A DNA stretch of 64,000 bases from an uncultured Pseudoalteromonas sp. (GCA_965198975.1 OZ240679.1:1052713-1116712); one strand, 5' to 3'; positions 25,529-36,072 are shown, counted from the first letter of the stretch. Notes: a model not told the origin generated them from the sequence alone. Numbers and translations are program-made.

Positions 25529-26641
25529 TTAAGTATATTGAGCGCGATATTCTCTGGGTGTCATATTGACATATTTTTTGAATAATCGATTAAAAGTAGA
25601 CGAAGATTTTATTCCTGAATCGTAAGCTATGCCTTCAAGTTTTAGTGTTTTGTTATCGGGCTGGCGTAAGATATTTTTGATAGATTCGATACGGTGTCGA
25701 TTAACATACTCATAAAAAGAGTGTCCTGTTCCCGTATTGATTACGTGTGACAACAATTTGGCATTTAAATTGAGTTGTTCCGCTAATGTATTTAAGCTGA
25801 GTGTCGGATCAACATAGGGCTTATTGGTTTTCATATGCTCTTCTAAATTTCGACAGTGTGCAGATAGTTCAGTTTCTGGCATTATTTGCTTGATATCTTT
25901 ATCTTCGATAATAGAAAAAGTTAAAATTTCAGGGTGTAATAAGCTATAAACACCAATCCAATAGACTAAAATCGACATAGCTAACCAGAAAAATTCAAGT
26001 AATGTTTCTGATGGCTTGATACCTAAAATTTTTATGTCTGCGCCAAATATACTCGTCCAAATAATGAATAGTAAAAGCATACTTGTCAGTAAATATCCTA
26101 ACCAGTTTAATTTTAATGTATCGACTGTTGAGCATTGTCCCTGTATCCATTTATGATAGTGACCTATGGTTCGAATGGCAGCAATAATATAACTTATAAG
26201 CTGAATAGCGACCGCTAATTGGATAATGATCGCCACAATTAATAGCCATGGGTATTGTTTAATATCCCCATCTGATTTCACATCAAACATCAATGCAATA
26301 CTCAATATAACAAAGTACATCAAGGCTGGTAGGAAATGTAAATACAGAGACTGCAAAGTATAGGTTTTATTATGGCTCAAAGTTCTGGCATATAGAAAAA
26401 TTGCAGGTCCAAGCAGTGGAATGAGCGCATTAGATAACATACTTATAGCAGCTAGGTTTATTAACAAATCTTGTGCTTCAAGGATATTACGAATGATTAA
26501 TAATGAGTAACTTAAAAGAAATATACTTAAAAAATTATTAGCTAAATTATGATATCGGTCGGCGAAATATAAAATACTGGTGAGGCCAATACCGAGAATA
26601 CCAGCAAATAATATGAGTGCTTCTAATAAGTTTAAATGCAT
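25529..26641 (-). CDS. Membrane-anchored AraC-family transcriptional regulator (~7 TM helices + C-terminal HTH)
   Basis: Seven hydrophobic segments in the first ~240 aa. The C-terminal AraC HTH_18 region reads LNTLAEQLNLNAKLLSHVIN...YEYVNRHRIESIKNIL...IAYDSGIKSSSTFNRLFKKYVNMTPREYR. Confidence 0.75.
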   Translation of the reverse strand: MHLNLLEALILFAGILGIGLTSILYFADRYHNLANNFLSIFLLSYSLLIIRNILEAQDLLINLAAISMLSNALIPLLGPAIFLYARTLSHNKTYTLQSLYLHFLPALMYFVILSIALMFDVKSDGDIKQYPWLLIVAIIIQLAVAIQLISYIIAAIRTIGHYHKWIQGQCSTVDTLKLNWLGYLLTSMLLLFIIWTSIFGADIKILGIKPSETLLEFFWLAMSILVYWIGVYSLLHPEILTFSIIEDKDIKQIMPETELSAHCRNLEEHMKTNKPYVDPTLSLNTLAEQLNLNAKLLSHVINTGTGHSFYEYVNRHRIESIKNILRQPDNKTLKLEGIAYDSGIKSSSTFNRLFKKYVNMTPREYRAQYT

Positions 26642-26873
26642 AAATTATTGAAATCTGAATTAATTATTATGATTAAAATAACAGCTTGTTTTGAGGGTGT
26701 AAAGTATACGGAAAGTCATTTCATCTATAAATCACTGAAATATAAAAACCATTATATTCAATGGTTTGTTTTTATTTTATTGCCCATTACCGGAGTTGGG
26801 CAATGATTAATATTGTTAGATCTAACATTTTGGATAAACTCAGTGAGAATTCAATCGCTCAAGGAAAAGTACT

Positions 26874-28013
26874 ATGTATACATTACAAAACAATAACAAT
26901 TGTCAGTACATCAAAATTTTTTTATTTAGCATATTATTTTTACTATCAGCCTGTGGCAGCAATGATGAACCATATGATTGTCAGGCGGTAACTTGCACTG
27001 AAGTGAAGCCGACTTTAAAGCAAACAATTGATACTTATATTAATGCTAATCAATCAGAGTTTGATGCCGGGTTAGGGGTTTTGGTAAAGCATAATGGTTT
27101 TTCAGTATATAAATCGTCAAAGGGCATGGCTAATGCAATAACTAATACGAAACTTAATGATGACACAGGATATCGGCTGGCTTCAATTAGTAAAACTTTT
27201 ACTGCTTTAGCGATTATGCAACAAGTTGAATTAGGGACGATATCATTAAATGATTCCATCTTATTGTACATACCTGAGCTGCCAGGTTCCTGGCGTGATA
27301 TAAGTATTCATTTTTTATTAAGTCACCAATCGGGTATTCCTGATTTTCAAAATGATTGGTGGGATACCCAATGGCTTGAAGGATTAACCAATCAAGGCTT
27401 AATTGATTACTTTTCTGAGCATGCTGCATTGGAGTTTAATCCAGGTGATAGTACGCAATACAGTAATAGTGGTTTTACTATGCTAGCTGAAATTATTAGT
27501 CGGATAACAGGTATGAGTTTTTCAGCATACATGCAACTTAATATATTTTCCCCGACAGGCATGTTAGATAGTTATGTACTGAATGAACATAACGGCTTAA
27601 AAGATAAAGATGCTATTAACTTTGCGACCAAGGTAACGATTTACGGTTTGAATTTATATACTAATGGCTCTATGGGACAAGTAAGCTCTCTGAATGATTT
27701 TGAACGTTTTTTTACGGCATTAAAAGCGGGAGATATCGTTCAGCCAGAAACATTAAATTTAATGACTCAGACTCATGGGACAACATCAGGCGGACAGCAT
27801 TTTGGCTATGGAATTGATTTAGGTTACGATAATAATAATATATTTAGTGGCAATACATATGGCCATACAGGTAAATGGGATAGTTTTACGTCATTATTTG
27901 CTGTAGCACCTGACATTGATACACAATTAGTGATTTTAACCAACGGTGGTGATGTAACAAATACCCACAGAAACAATATAACAGAGCTAGTTAAAGCGTT
28001 TTACAAGCAGTAA
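26874..28013 (+). CDS. Serine hydrolase of the beta-lactamase/transpeptidase-like fold (class C-related), lipoprotein
   Basis: Lipobox LLSAC. S-x-x-K motif SISKTF and YSN motif (QYSNSGF). AAGGAAAAG RBS before the ATG. Confidence 0.75.
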   Translation: MYTLQNNNNCQYIKIFLFSILFLLSACGSNDEPYDCQAVTCTEVKPTLKQTIDTYINANQSEFDAGLGVLVKHNGFSVYKSSKGMANAITNTKLNDDTGYRLASISKTFTALAIMQQVELGTISLNDSILLYIPELPGSWRDISIHFLLSHQSGIPDFQNDWWDTQWLEGLTNQGLIDYFSEHAALEFNPGDSTQYSNSGFTMLAEIISRITGMSFSAYMQLNIFSPTGMLDSYVLNEHNGLKDKDAINFATKVTIYGLNLYTNGSMGQVSSLNDFERFFTALKAGDIVQPETLNLMTQTHGTTSGGQHFGYGIDLGYDNNNIFSGNTYGHTGKWDSFTSLFAVAPDIDTQLVILTNGGDVTNTHRNNITELVKAFYKQ

Positions 28014-28044
28014 TATATCCAGAATCAAATAGTAGAGAATATCA

Positions 28045-30033
28045 TCATATTCTCAGCACTTTTTTTAATGGGTCTAAATGTTGTTCGAAGTGTCGCCATT
28101 GCTCGGTGGCATTTTTGTAAATGGGTTGTCGCACTTGTTCTGAGCTGGGGGTTTTTATATTGCGTTTTGTTTTATGAAAATTGAGACATGCAGGTTCAAA
28201 CTCTAAGCCACAAAAATCAAGCATTCTTCGAACTTGAGTTTCTAAATCATCAACCACATCTTCATGGTTTACGGTTAATACAAATTCAGGGAGTACTTTT
28301 TCCCAATGGGTCATGAGTTTGAGATAAGCTTGATAATAACGGCCGATATCTTCAAGGTGATAACTAAAATCTTGTCCTTCAGCAAAAAGCTGTTTAAAGC
28401 CACTAAAACAACATGCCATAGGCGCGCGTCTGGCATCAATAATCTTGGCATTGGGCAATATGAGGCGGATCAAACCCAGGTGGAGAAAATTGTTGGGCAT
28501 TTTATCAATAAAAAATGGTGCCTGTTCTCTATAAACTCGAGTTTCATCAATAAATTGTTGTCCGAATTTTTGAAAGTACTCAGGTTTTATTTCGGTTAAA
28601 TTTTTGGGGTATTGGTTTTCTTTATGATTATGATTTCGGCCTCTAAGTCGAGATGCTAATCCTAAAACGTTATGTAACTCCATCGTGCCATCAATTTGGC
28701 TGTGGGAGGCTAATATTTGTTCTAGCAAGGTTGAGCCCGCCCTGGGTAAACCAACAATAAAAATAGGATCTGGATTGTTGGCGCCTAAATGTCCTCTTTG
28801 TTCAAATAACTCACTTGTGCAATATTTTATTTGTTCTGCTACTTGCTGTTCAATTTTATTGATATCAAATCGATTGTGTTCATGTTGTAATGCATTTCCC
28901 TGTTGATAAGCGTGAAAAGCTTTATCGTATTCTTGTCTGTCTTCAAATGCTTTCCCAGTGGCAAAGTATAATTGAACCTTATCTGTTATCGGTAAGTCTT
29001 TTTGTGTTTGTTGCGTATGCATATGTGCTATTTCAACATCAGTGAAACTGTAGGTTTTGGTATTTGCTAAACTCCAGAATGCATCACCATAATTGGGTTT
29101 TAACTGACAGGCGTGTTGGTAAGCGGCAACGGCGCTTGTGATATCACCTTTGGCTTTGAGTGCATGACCTAGTTGTAAATGATAACCCGCAACCTGTGCA
29201 TCCTGTGTTATCACTTGTTCAAATAGCAAGATGGCCGCTTCTATTTTTCCTAATCCAGTTAATGCATTCGCTTTCGCCATTTTAAAGCTTAGATTATTTG
29301 GTTGTATCTGCAATAACCTCAATGCTTGTTGTTCAGCAATTTTATATTTGCCTAATTTTAATAATAAATTAAGGTATTGTGAACGCGCATAAATATGCTC
29401 AGGTGCCAACTCTAAAGCACTGGCAAGCAAAAACTCAGCGTCATCATAAATTTTTAATGTGATGCCTATTTCAGCCAGTAAGCACATTCCTTGAATATGA
29501 CGTTTGTTATTTTGTAGAAAGTGTCGGCAAATTTGTTCTGCCTTTAACAATTTACCCTGGTGCATTAGTTCTGTTACAGCAAGTAAAGGTGGTGGTAAGC
29601 TTTTTAATTTGGCTAATTGATTAGCTGCATTTTGCACTTGATCTTGTTGTTTGTTGTTTTGATATAAATGTATCAGTTCTTGCCAGCTGGCAATTAAACT
29701 TGGATTGAGTTTGACTGCATTTTCAAATGAATTTTTAGCTTTATCCGGTTTTTCTAAAGCAAGATAAAGGTACCCTAACTCCTGATTTGCGCGGCTATGA
29801 GTTTCAGTCTGTTGCAGTAATGCCTTAATGCAGGATTGAGCTTTTACATATTCTTTTGCATAACGTAGCGCCACAGCTTTTAAATACAATATTTCACTAT
29901 TATGAGAATGTTCATCAGTATATTCCTGTAATTGTTCACATTGTTTAATCGCATCATCAAATTTTGCTGATTGGATCAATTGCTGAATGGATTTTAATTG
30001 TGATTCAATTGAAAGGGGGGCTGTTTTGTCCAA
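28045..30033 (-). CDS. TPR-repeat protein fused to a sulfotransferase domain
   Basis: The N-terminal ~400 aa are TPR-like. The C-terminal domain has the PAPS 5'-phosphosulfate-binding loop IFIVGLPRAGSTLLEQILASH and a downstream RRAPMACCFS region. No signal peptide. TTG start with GGAG upstream. Confidence 0.8.
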   Translation of the reverse strand: MDKTAPLSIESQLKSIQQLIQSAKFDDAIKQCEQLQEYTDEHSHNSEILYLKAVALRYAKEYVKAQSCIKALLQQTETHSRANQELGYLYLALEKPDKAKNSFENAVKLNPSLIASWQELIHLYQNNKQQDQVQNAANQLAKLKSLPPPLLAVTELMHQGKLLKAEQICRHFLQNNKRHIQGMCLLAEIGITLKIYDDAEFLLASALELAPEHIYARSQYLNLLLKLGKYKIAEQQALRLLQIQPNNLSFKMAKANALTGLGKIEAAILLFEQVITQDAQVAGYHLQLGHALKAKGDITSAVAAYQHACQLKPNYGDAFWSLANTKTYSFTDVEIAHMHTQQTQKDLPITDKVQLYFATGKAFEDRQEYDKAFHAYQQGNALQHEHNRFDINKIEQQVAEQIKYCTSELFEQRGHLGANNPDPIFIVGLPRAGSTLLEQILASHSQIDGTMELHNVLGLASRLRGRNHNHKENQYPKNLTEIKPEYFQKFGQQFIDETRVYREQAPFFIDKMPNNFLHLGLIRLILPNAKIIDARRAPMACCFSGFKQLFAEGQDFSYHLEDIGRYYQAYLKLMTHWEKVLPEFVLTVNHEDVVDDLETQVRRMLDFCGLEFEPACLNFHKTKRNIKTPSSEQVRQPIYKNATEQWRHFEQHLDPLKKVLRI

Positions 30034-30084
30034 TGATCTGGCTCCGAGGATAATAGCGAATAAAAACGTGACTACTTTATCAAT

Positions 30085-30115
30085 AAAAAGCCGCTTGATA
30101 TACCTTTCAAACGGC
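30085..30115 (-). terminator. Rho-independent terminator after the TonB-dependent receptor gene
   Basis: Minus strand reads GCCGTTTGA, 8-nt loop, TCAAGCGGC (one G-U pair), then TTTTT. Confidence 0.6.
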
Positions 30116-30141
30116 CTGTTTAGTTTTAATTTACTTAGGGG

Positions 30142-32796
30142 TTAATAATAATCATAAGAAAATCTAAAGCCTATGGTACGGGGTCTGTTGGTAACAACTT
30201 TTGGCGTAAACTGCTGTGTATCTATGTATAGCGTTGCTCTTTCGTCAGTTAAGTTGTCAATAAATAGTTCTGCTTTCCATTCATCGTTTGTGATACCAAA
30301 ACTTAAATTTGCTAATACATAGCTATCTTGTACATAGCGGCCCCCGGCAAATGTTTCTCCATTACTATCCTGGTAATTGACTCCTGAATAAACATCCGCT
30401 TCTTTTTCAATACTTAAACCTGAACCTGTACCGTAAATTAGGTTAGTCGCATCTTCAAGCACATAGGCATCCATTGTCATACTGGCTAGTCTTTCACCTG
30501 TGTAACTGATGGAGCCGTTAATATAGCCAGTCATGTCTTTAGCGATGTGATAATAATACTCGGCTTGTAAATTTCCTGAAAACTCTGCTGAATAGGGGAG
30601 TTTACTGCCTACGGAAGGTGCAATACCTGCAAGTTCATCATTAATTGAGGTTAATTCGGTATCAATATAACTGAAAGCACCATTTATCACCAGATTATCA
30701 GTGGCGACCCAACTAAAATCTCCATCTATGCCTTTGATTTCAGCATCACCTACATTGTCGGTAAAAACTAAAAAACTGATGTTAGTTGGATCAAACCGTG
30801 ATGTTTGCAGGTCTGATATTTTTGAGTAATAAGCCGTTGCATTAAATCGTAACGTTTGATCAAATAAAGTCGATTTAAATCCAAGTTCAATATTATCTAA
30901 ACTATCAGTTGTGGAGTATACGGGGATTCGAAAGCCATCAAAGGCACCGTCTTGATTTTTCGCTAAACCACCACCAACCCGGTTTGTGACCGGAGGTCTG
31001 AATCCTTCCGAATAGGAAGTAAATATCATCAGATCTTTTGATACCTGCCAATCAAGTGATGTTTTTATAATAGTATCATCAACAGTAAGTGTACCATTAC
31101 TGTCTAGTAAGCTAGTATCTAACTGCCCACTGGCAATAGCAGCTTGAATGGCAGCAGCCTCTTCAGCACCAAAAAATTCAGTTAAGGCTTCATCACTACC
31201 ATCACCAAAGGCACGTAATCTGCCACTGACATCAACGGTTGTAGTCGCACCTTTAAAGGTATCATCAATTTGATACCAACGTGCGCCAAAACTCGCAGTA
31301 ACGGTCTCGGTTAGATCAAACTCCAGCTGACCAAAAACGGCTATTTGATCTATGGTATGAGTAATATCATTCACAAAACTTATTTCAGAAGAGAAAGGTC
31401 CGCCATGACTATTGATTCCTTCATTACCGGCAAGTGTTCTTTGTAGATCAGTAAAGTAAGGTAGATCAGTATTGCCTAACTGAAATTGACCAACGGTTGA
31501 TAACTCTTGCGAGTCGTAAAAAATACCACTTGTAATACGCCAGCGATTTTTAGCTGAAGTATTTACACGAAACTCATGGGTGATACGAGAAGTACTGGTT
31601 TGTTCTTTATAAAATTTAGTTGGATCAACACATTCTTGTGATTCAGGTGTACCTGCATAATTACAGGCGTAATAGGCCGCAAATGAACCTCCGTTAGTAT
31701 AACCTGTATAATCTATGGTTGAATTAATATCTCTGTCTAGGTATCCACCGGTGTAAACAACATCAAGATGTTCAAGTCGACCTTCAAGTGTCCAGGTGGT
31801 TAAACCAAAGTCGTCATTATTATCTTCAGGTACAAAGCGGTTCGTTGATGTTTCGCCCTCAAGATTTGGATCATAAGCAAATACACCTTCTGTATCGAGA
31901 GATTGTTGGGTATGTTGTACTAAAAGATCCCATTCATTATTGATCAAATAAGATACGCCAAAGCGGGCGCCAGCGTAATTTGCTGTATTGAAGTTATCTT
32001 CAACTAAGGCATCATTTTTTGGCGCGGTGACCGGCACATTGTCAGGGTTTGTTAATGCACCACCTGATACTCTGCTAATCACCACAGCGCTGCCGTTATA
32101 ACCCCCTTCACCGGGCACATTTAATATGTTATCTATCCAGCCACCCTGATGATCGTTGAAAGTGGCAACGCGCACAGCCAGTGAATCAGTTAAAGGCATA
32201 TTAAAATAGGCTTCCACTGAGTTACTCATATCACCACCTGATGTGGTGCTGGTACTGGTATCAAAGCCTGCAGAAAAACCATCATGATTAGGTTTATTTG
32301 TGATCAGTCGCACAGTACCTGATTGAGAGCTTGCGCCAAAAAGCGTGCCTTGTGGACCGGGTAATACTTCGATACGTTCAACATCTGTCGCGTAAATATC
32401 AAGATTGCGACCTTGCATTGATACGGGTTGTTCATCTAAGTAAAAAGCGACTGAGGGCTGTAACGCCTGAACAGATGATACCGCAATGCTAGTTTGTGTT
32501 GTAGCCGCACCTCGAATATATATTTCGTTTTGTCCGGGTCCTGTTCCCTGAAAAACAACATTTGGTAGAAACTCAACATATTGGTCAAAATTAGCAACTC
32601 CAAGTTTTTCTAAACTATCACCCGTTAGGGCATTGACCGTGATAGGAACCTCTTGAATAGACTCTGTTCGCTTTGTCGCAGTGACTTCAATGACTTCTAA
32701 TTTTGCTTTATCTTCCTTTGTTGCTTCCTCGGCGTAGAGAGAGCCCGATGCCGCGATGGCTGATAATACAGCACAATGCAGCTTAGTGAGTTTCAT
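30142..32796 (-). CDS. TonB-dependent outer-membrane receptor
   Basis: Signal peptide. Plug region LEVIEVTATKRTESIQEVPITV and EVLPGPQGTLFGASSQSGTVRLITNKP. Long beta-barrel ending ..IGFRFSYDYY. Confidence 0.9.
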   Translation of the reverse strand: MKLTKLHCAVLSAIAASGSLYAEEATKEDKAKLEVIEVTATKRTESIQEVPITVNALTGDSLEKLGVANFDQYVEFLPNVVFQGTGPGQNEIYIRGAATTQTSIAVSSVQALQPSVAFYLDEQPVSMQGRNLDIYATDVERIEVLPGPQGTLFGASSQSGTVRLITNKPNHDGFSAGFDTSTSTTSGGDMSNSVEAYFNMPLTDSLAVRVATFNDHQGGWIDNILNVPGEGGYNGSAVVISRVSGGALTNPDNVPVTAPKNDALVEDNFNTANYAGARFGVSYLINNEWDLLVQHTQQSLDTEGVFAYDPNLEGETSTNRFVPEDNNDDFGLTTWTLEGRLEHLDVVYTGGYLDRDINSTIDYTGYTNGGSFAAYYACNYAGTPESQECVDPTKFYKEQTSTSRITHEFRVNTSAKNRWRITSGIFYDSQELSTVGQFQLGNTDLPYFTDLQRTLAGNEGINSHGGPFSSEISFVNDITHTIDQIAVFGQLEFDLTETVTASFGARWYQIDDTFKGATTTVDVSGRLRAFGDGSDEALTEFFGAEEAAAIQAAIASGQLDTSLLDSNGTLTVDDTIIKTSLDWQVSKDLMIFTSYSEGFRPPVTNRVGGGLAKNQDGAFDGFRIPVYSTTDSLDNIELGFKSTLFDQTLRFNATAYYSKISDLQTSRFDPTNISFLVFTDNVGDAEIKGIDGDFSWVATDNLVINGAFSYIDTELTSINDELAGIAPSVGSKLPYSAEFSGNLQAEYYYHIAKDMTGYINGSISYTGERLASMTMDAYVLEDATNLIYGTGSGLSIEKEADVYSGVNYQDSNGETFAGGRYVQDSYVLANLSFGITNDEWKAELFIDNLTDERATLYIDTQQFTPKVVTNRPRTIGFRFSYDYY

Positions 32797-32947
32797 GATT
32801 AATACCCCTGATTTTAAATGTTATTAAATTAATATTGTTTGAGTTCTAACTAAAATATTATGGGTAATAGCTTAACAATAATAATTATTTTATTCAAAAA
32901 GATACTATGTTTATCCTTGTGTTTTTCTGGTTCCAGGTGTTGGATTC

Positions 32948-32975
32948 TTTACAGTCAGGTTTAAGCAGATATAAT
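32948..32975 (+). promoter_or_regulatory. Putative sigma70 promoter of the BCCT transporter gene
   Basis: TTTACA (32948..32953), 16 nt, TATAAT (32970..32975), about 30 nt upstream of the TTG start, which is preceded by GGGGA. Confidence 0.4.
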
Positions 32976-33005
32976 ATCAATACAAATTAAATTTAGGGGA
33001 ATGAT

Positions 33006-34955
33006 TTGCCTTTAACCGTTAATAGTCATTTAAATAAAAAGGTATTTGTAACTGCCTCATTTATTATTATCGCACTGCTACTTTATACAACAGTATTACC
33101 CAATCAGGCGCAAAGTTTTTTTACCATAATTCAAGCAAGTATTATTGATAATGGCGGATGGTTTTATGTACTGACAGTGGCATTTATATTGTTTTTTGTC
33201 ATGTTTTTAGGGCTTTCTCGTTATGGAGAAATCCGATTAGGCCCCGATCATGCCACACCTGATTATTCGCTGTTGTCCTGGCTGTCTATGTTATTTGCCG
33301 CAGGTATGGGAATTGGTTTAATGTTTTTTGGTGTAGCAGAACCATTAATGCATTATTTGTCACCCCCTACAGCTGAAGTTGGTTCGATTGCTGCGGTGAA
33401 AGAAGCGATGAAGATGACTTTTTTTCATTGGGGATTACATGCCTGGGCTATATATGCGGTTGTGGCACTTGTTTTAGCTTACTTTAGTTACCGACATAAC
33501 TTACCACTAACACTACGTTCTGCACTATACCCTTTGATTGGCGAGCGAATTTATAAGTGGCCCGGACATTTGGTTGATATATTTGCTGTTGTCAGTACTG
33601 TTTTTGGTGTTGCTACCTCCCTTGGTTTAGGTGCGTCGCAAGTTAATGCGGGCTTTAGTTATTTATTCGGTATTGAGGTTTCTAGCACTAATCAAATCAT
33701 TATCATGGGTGCAATAACGGCCCTTGCGGTTACTTCCGTAGCAACAGGTTTAGATAAAGGAATTAAAAGATTATCTGAATTAAATATGGTTTTAGCTGTT
33801 CTTTTATTGGTTCTGATTTTTGTATTAGGTCCAACTGTATTCTTATTACAAGCATATTTACAAAATATTGGTGACTATTTAGCTGACATAGTACACAACA
33901 CATTTAACTTGTTTGCTTATAAAAAAACCAACTGGATAGGTGGTTGGACTATATTTTATTGGGGCTGGTGGTTAGCATGGGCGCCATTTGTTGGTGTATT
34001 TATTGCCAGAATTTCTCGTGGCCGCAGTATTAGGGAGTTTATTTTAGGCGTGATGCTGCTACCGACGGTATTTACTTTATTATGGATGACTATTTTTGGT
34101 AATAGTGCGATTGATTTAGTTCATAATCAGGGCGTTACAGCGTTAGGTGATATGGTCAGCAAAGATTCTGCGGTTGCGTTATTTGTATTTCTCGAAAATT
34201 TCCCGTTAACGTCAGTACTGTCATTTTTCAGTGTATTAATGATTATTATTTTCTTTGTTACATCCTGTGATTCTGGTGCTATGGTTGTTGATATGCTGTG
34301 TTCACATGGCCGAAATGATACGCCATTATGGCAACGTATTTATTGGGCGGTAGGCATTGGTATCGTAGCGGCAATATTACTCTTAGTTGGTGGGCTTAAT
34401 GCCTTGCAAACAATGACAATCGCCAGTGCCTTGCCATTTGCAATTGTATTATTACTTGCAATTATTGGTTTAATTAAGGCGCTCAGAGTTGAGGCCGTTA
34501 AGCAGGAAAGTCAATTGATCACGACTATTCCGCAGTCAGGTAATGAAAATAATGACAGTTGGCAATTACGATTAAAAAACATTGTTGATTTTCCTAACAA
34601 GAGCAATGTTAATAAGTTCATTAATCAAACCGTTCAACCTGCATTTGAATTGGTCGCTAACGAGTTACTACAAAATCAAATCAACGTCGAGGTTTCACAT
34701 GAAGGAGGCTTATGTCTCATTGTTAATCATGGTGAAGAACACGAATTTGTTTATCGTGTGGTTGCTTGTAAGCATTCACAACCTGATTTTATTAATGAAA
34801 CTGATGACGATGATCAAAGCTATTATCGTGCTGAAGTTCATCTGGCTGATGGCGGGCAGGATTATGATATTATGGGGTGGTCTAAAAATGCAGTGATAAA
34901 TAACATCATAGATCAATATCACAAACATCTGCATTTTTTACATTTATTACGTTAA
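33006..34955 (+). CDS. BCCT-family (betaine/carnitine/choline) transporter with a ~150-aa cytoplasmic C-terminal extension
   Basis: Signature WTIFYWGWWLAWAPFVGVFIARISRGRSIREF and 12 hydrophobic segments. Confidence 0.9.
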   Translation: MPLTVNSHLNKKVFVTASFIIIALLLYTTVLPNQAQSFFTIIQASIIDNGGWFYVLTVAFILFFVMFLGLSRYGEIRLGPDHATPDYSLLSWLSMLFAAGMGIGLMFFGVAEPLMHYLSPPTAEVGSIAAVKEAMKMTFFHWGLHAWAIYAVVALVLAYFSYRHNLPLTLRSALYPLIGERIYKWPGHLVDIFAVVSTVFGVATSLGLGASQVNAGFSYLFGIEVSSTNQIIIMGAITALAVTSVATGLDKGIKRLSELNMVLAVLLLVLIFVLGPTVFLLQAYLQNIGDYLADIVHNTFNLFAYKKTNWIGGWTIFYWGWWLAWAPFVGVFIARISRGRSIREFILGVMLLPTVFTLLWMTIFGNSAIDLVHNQGVTALGDMVSKDSAVALFVFLENFPLTSVLSFFSVLMIIIFFVTSCDSGAMVVDMLCSHGRNDTPLWQRIYWAVGIGIVAAILLLVGGLNALQTMTIASALPFAIVLLLAIIGLIKALRVEAVKQESQLITTIPQSGNENNDSWQLRLKNIVDFPNKSNVNKFINQTVQPAFELVANELLQNQINVEVSHEGGLCLIVNHGEEHEFVYRVVACKHSQPDFINETDDDDQSYYRAEVHLADGGQDYDIMGWSKNAVINNIIDQYHKHLHFLHLLR

Positions 34956-35455
34956 TTAGTCGGAGCGTCAGTTTTATTAATACTGCTGGCGCTCATAGGA
35001 TCTAACTCTAATAATGGTGCTGCATCAATTTCATTGGCATTCATCATTTCAGCCAGTCGCTCCATTGATGAAAGTAATTGTGACTGCTCCCACTGCGCCA
35101 AATTTGTAAAATTATCGATGAAATCTTCTTGTAGTGCCTGAGGGGCTTTAAGTAAAATATTTTTGCCACTTTCAGTTAAATAAAGTCCAATTTTACGTTT
35201 ATCTTGTGTATCCCGCACTCTAGAAATAAGTTTTTTATTTTCTAATCTATCAAGAATGTTTGTCACTGTAGCGGCACTTAGGTTAACACTTTTTGCCACT
35301 TGACTTGAATTCACGCCAGAAACTTTATCTATTTCTAACATTATTAATAATTGTGGGCTGGTTAACCCTGAAGTTTTACTTAAATGTTTTGAATGTAAAT
35401 CTATTGCGCGGATAACTTTTCTTAATGCGATTAATAATGCCTGATGTTTTTCCAT
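34952..35455 (-). CDS. MarR-family transcriptional regulator
   Basis: Winged-helix region LTSPQLLIMLEI...SQVAKSVNLSAATVTNILDRLENKKLISRVRDTQDKRKIGLYLT. Its stop overlaps the BCCT stop by 4 nt (convergent). Confidence 0.85.
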   Translation of the reverse strand: MEKHQALLIALRKVIRAIDLHSKHLSKTSGLTSPQLLIMLEIDKVSGVNSSQVAKSVNLSAATVTNILDRLENKKLISRVRDTQDKRKIGLYLTESGKNILLKAPQALQEDFIDNFTNLAQWEQSQLLSSMERLAEMMNANEIDAAPLLELDPMSASSINKTDAPTN

Positions 35456-35650
35456 AGCCAGATACTTATACCAAATTGATACCCGTAGTTTAAGTAAATT
35501 TTAAGGCTGTGCCTAGTTAAATTATTGTACCAATTATGCGGGTTATAGCGCTGTTAATGTGTTTATTTTAAATATTAGGCTTAAATCTTTGGCACAAATC
35601 TTGTTTAATATTTAACGACTGACAAAAATTTGAACAACGATGGAGGCATC

Positions 35651-36061
35651 ATGCAAATAAATAGCGAATTAATGACAAATATCAGCGCAAGTCAGGAAAC
35701 AAATCAGCAAATAGTCGAAATGTTGGGAATGGAGCATGATGGCGATATTCAATATCATGTTTATCATACCCAGGCTGATGATAAAGAAGTATATTGTTGC
35801 TTATCTGGTGGTTTAGTAGAGAACAATGAAATTGTTTTCACACCAATAGGTTTAGCGGCTTTTGAAGCTTTGTCTCAGGTAAGTGAACAAGAAGATAACT
35901 TTTATGCTGAAGAACTAAAAATTGAAAATGGTTCAATTAAATCTCAGGTAGAAGCTGTGCTTAAAAAAGTACCTTCATTTGCTAAAGTCTGTTTTATTGG
36001 TGATATGACCGGCGATTTAAAAGAATCTATTGCTGAAATTTTTCCTTTAGCATTAAATTAG
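35651..36061 (+). CDS. Hypothetical protein (136 aa)
   Basis: ATG at 35651 preceded by GGAGG 5 nt upstream (the track start at 35630 is a TTG). No recognisable family. Confidence 0.45.
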   Translation: MQINSELMTNISASQETNQQIVEMLGMEHDGDIQYHVYHTQADDKEVYCCLSGGLVENNEIVFTPIGLAAFEALSQVSEQEDNFYAEELKIENGSIKSQVEAVLKKVPSFAKVCFIGDMTGDLKESIAEIFPLALN

Positions 36062-36072
36062 ACTATGTAAAG

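Noticed and set aside
26874-28013. Beta-lactamase as an antibiotic-resistance gene; likewise BlaI/BlaR1 (52347..54637) as a beta-lactam sensing system
   Set aside because: The hydrolase shows only the generic SxxK/YSN fold motifs of a very large serine-hydrolase family. The BlaR1-like protein lacks the penicillin-binding sensor domain altogether. Neither supports a resistance call.
32797-33005. Riboswitch (e.g. cobalamin) in the 5' leader of the TonB-dependent receptor
   Set aside because: The region is very AT-rich, with no B12-box-like or other conserved riboswitch core that I could recognise.
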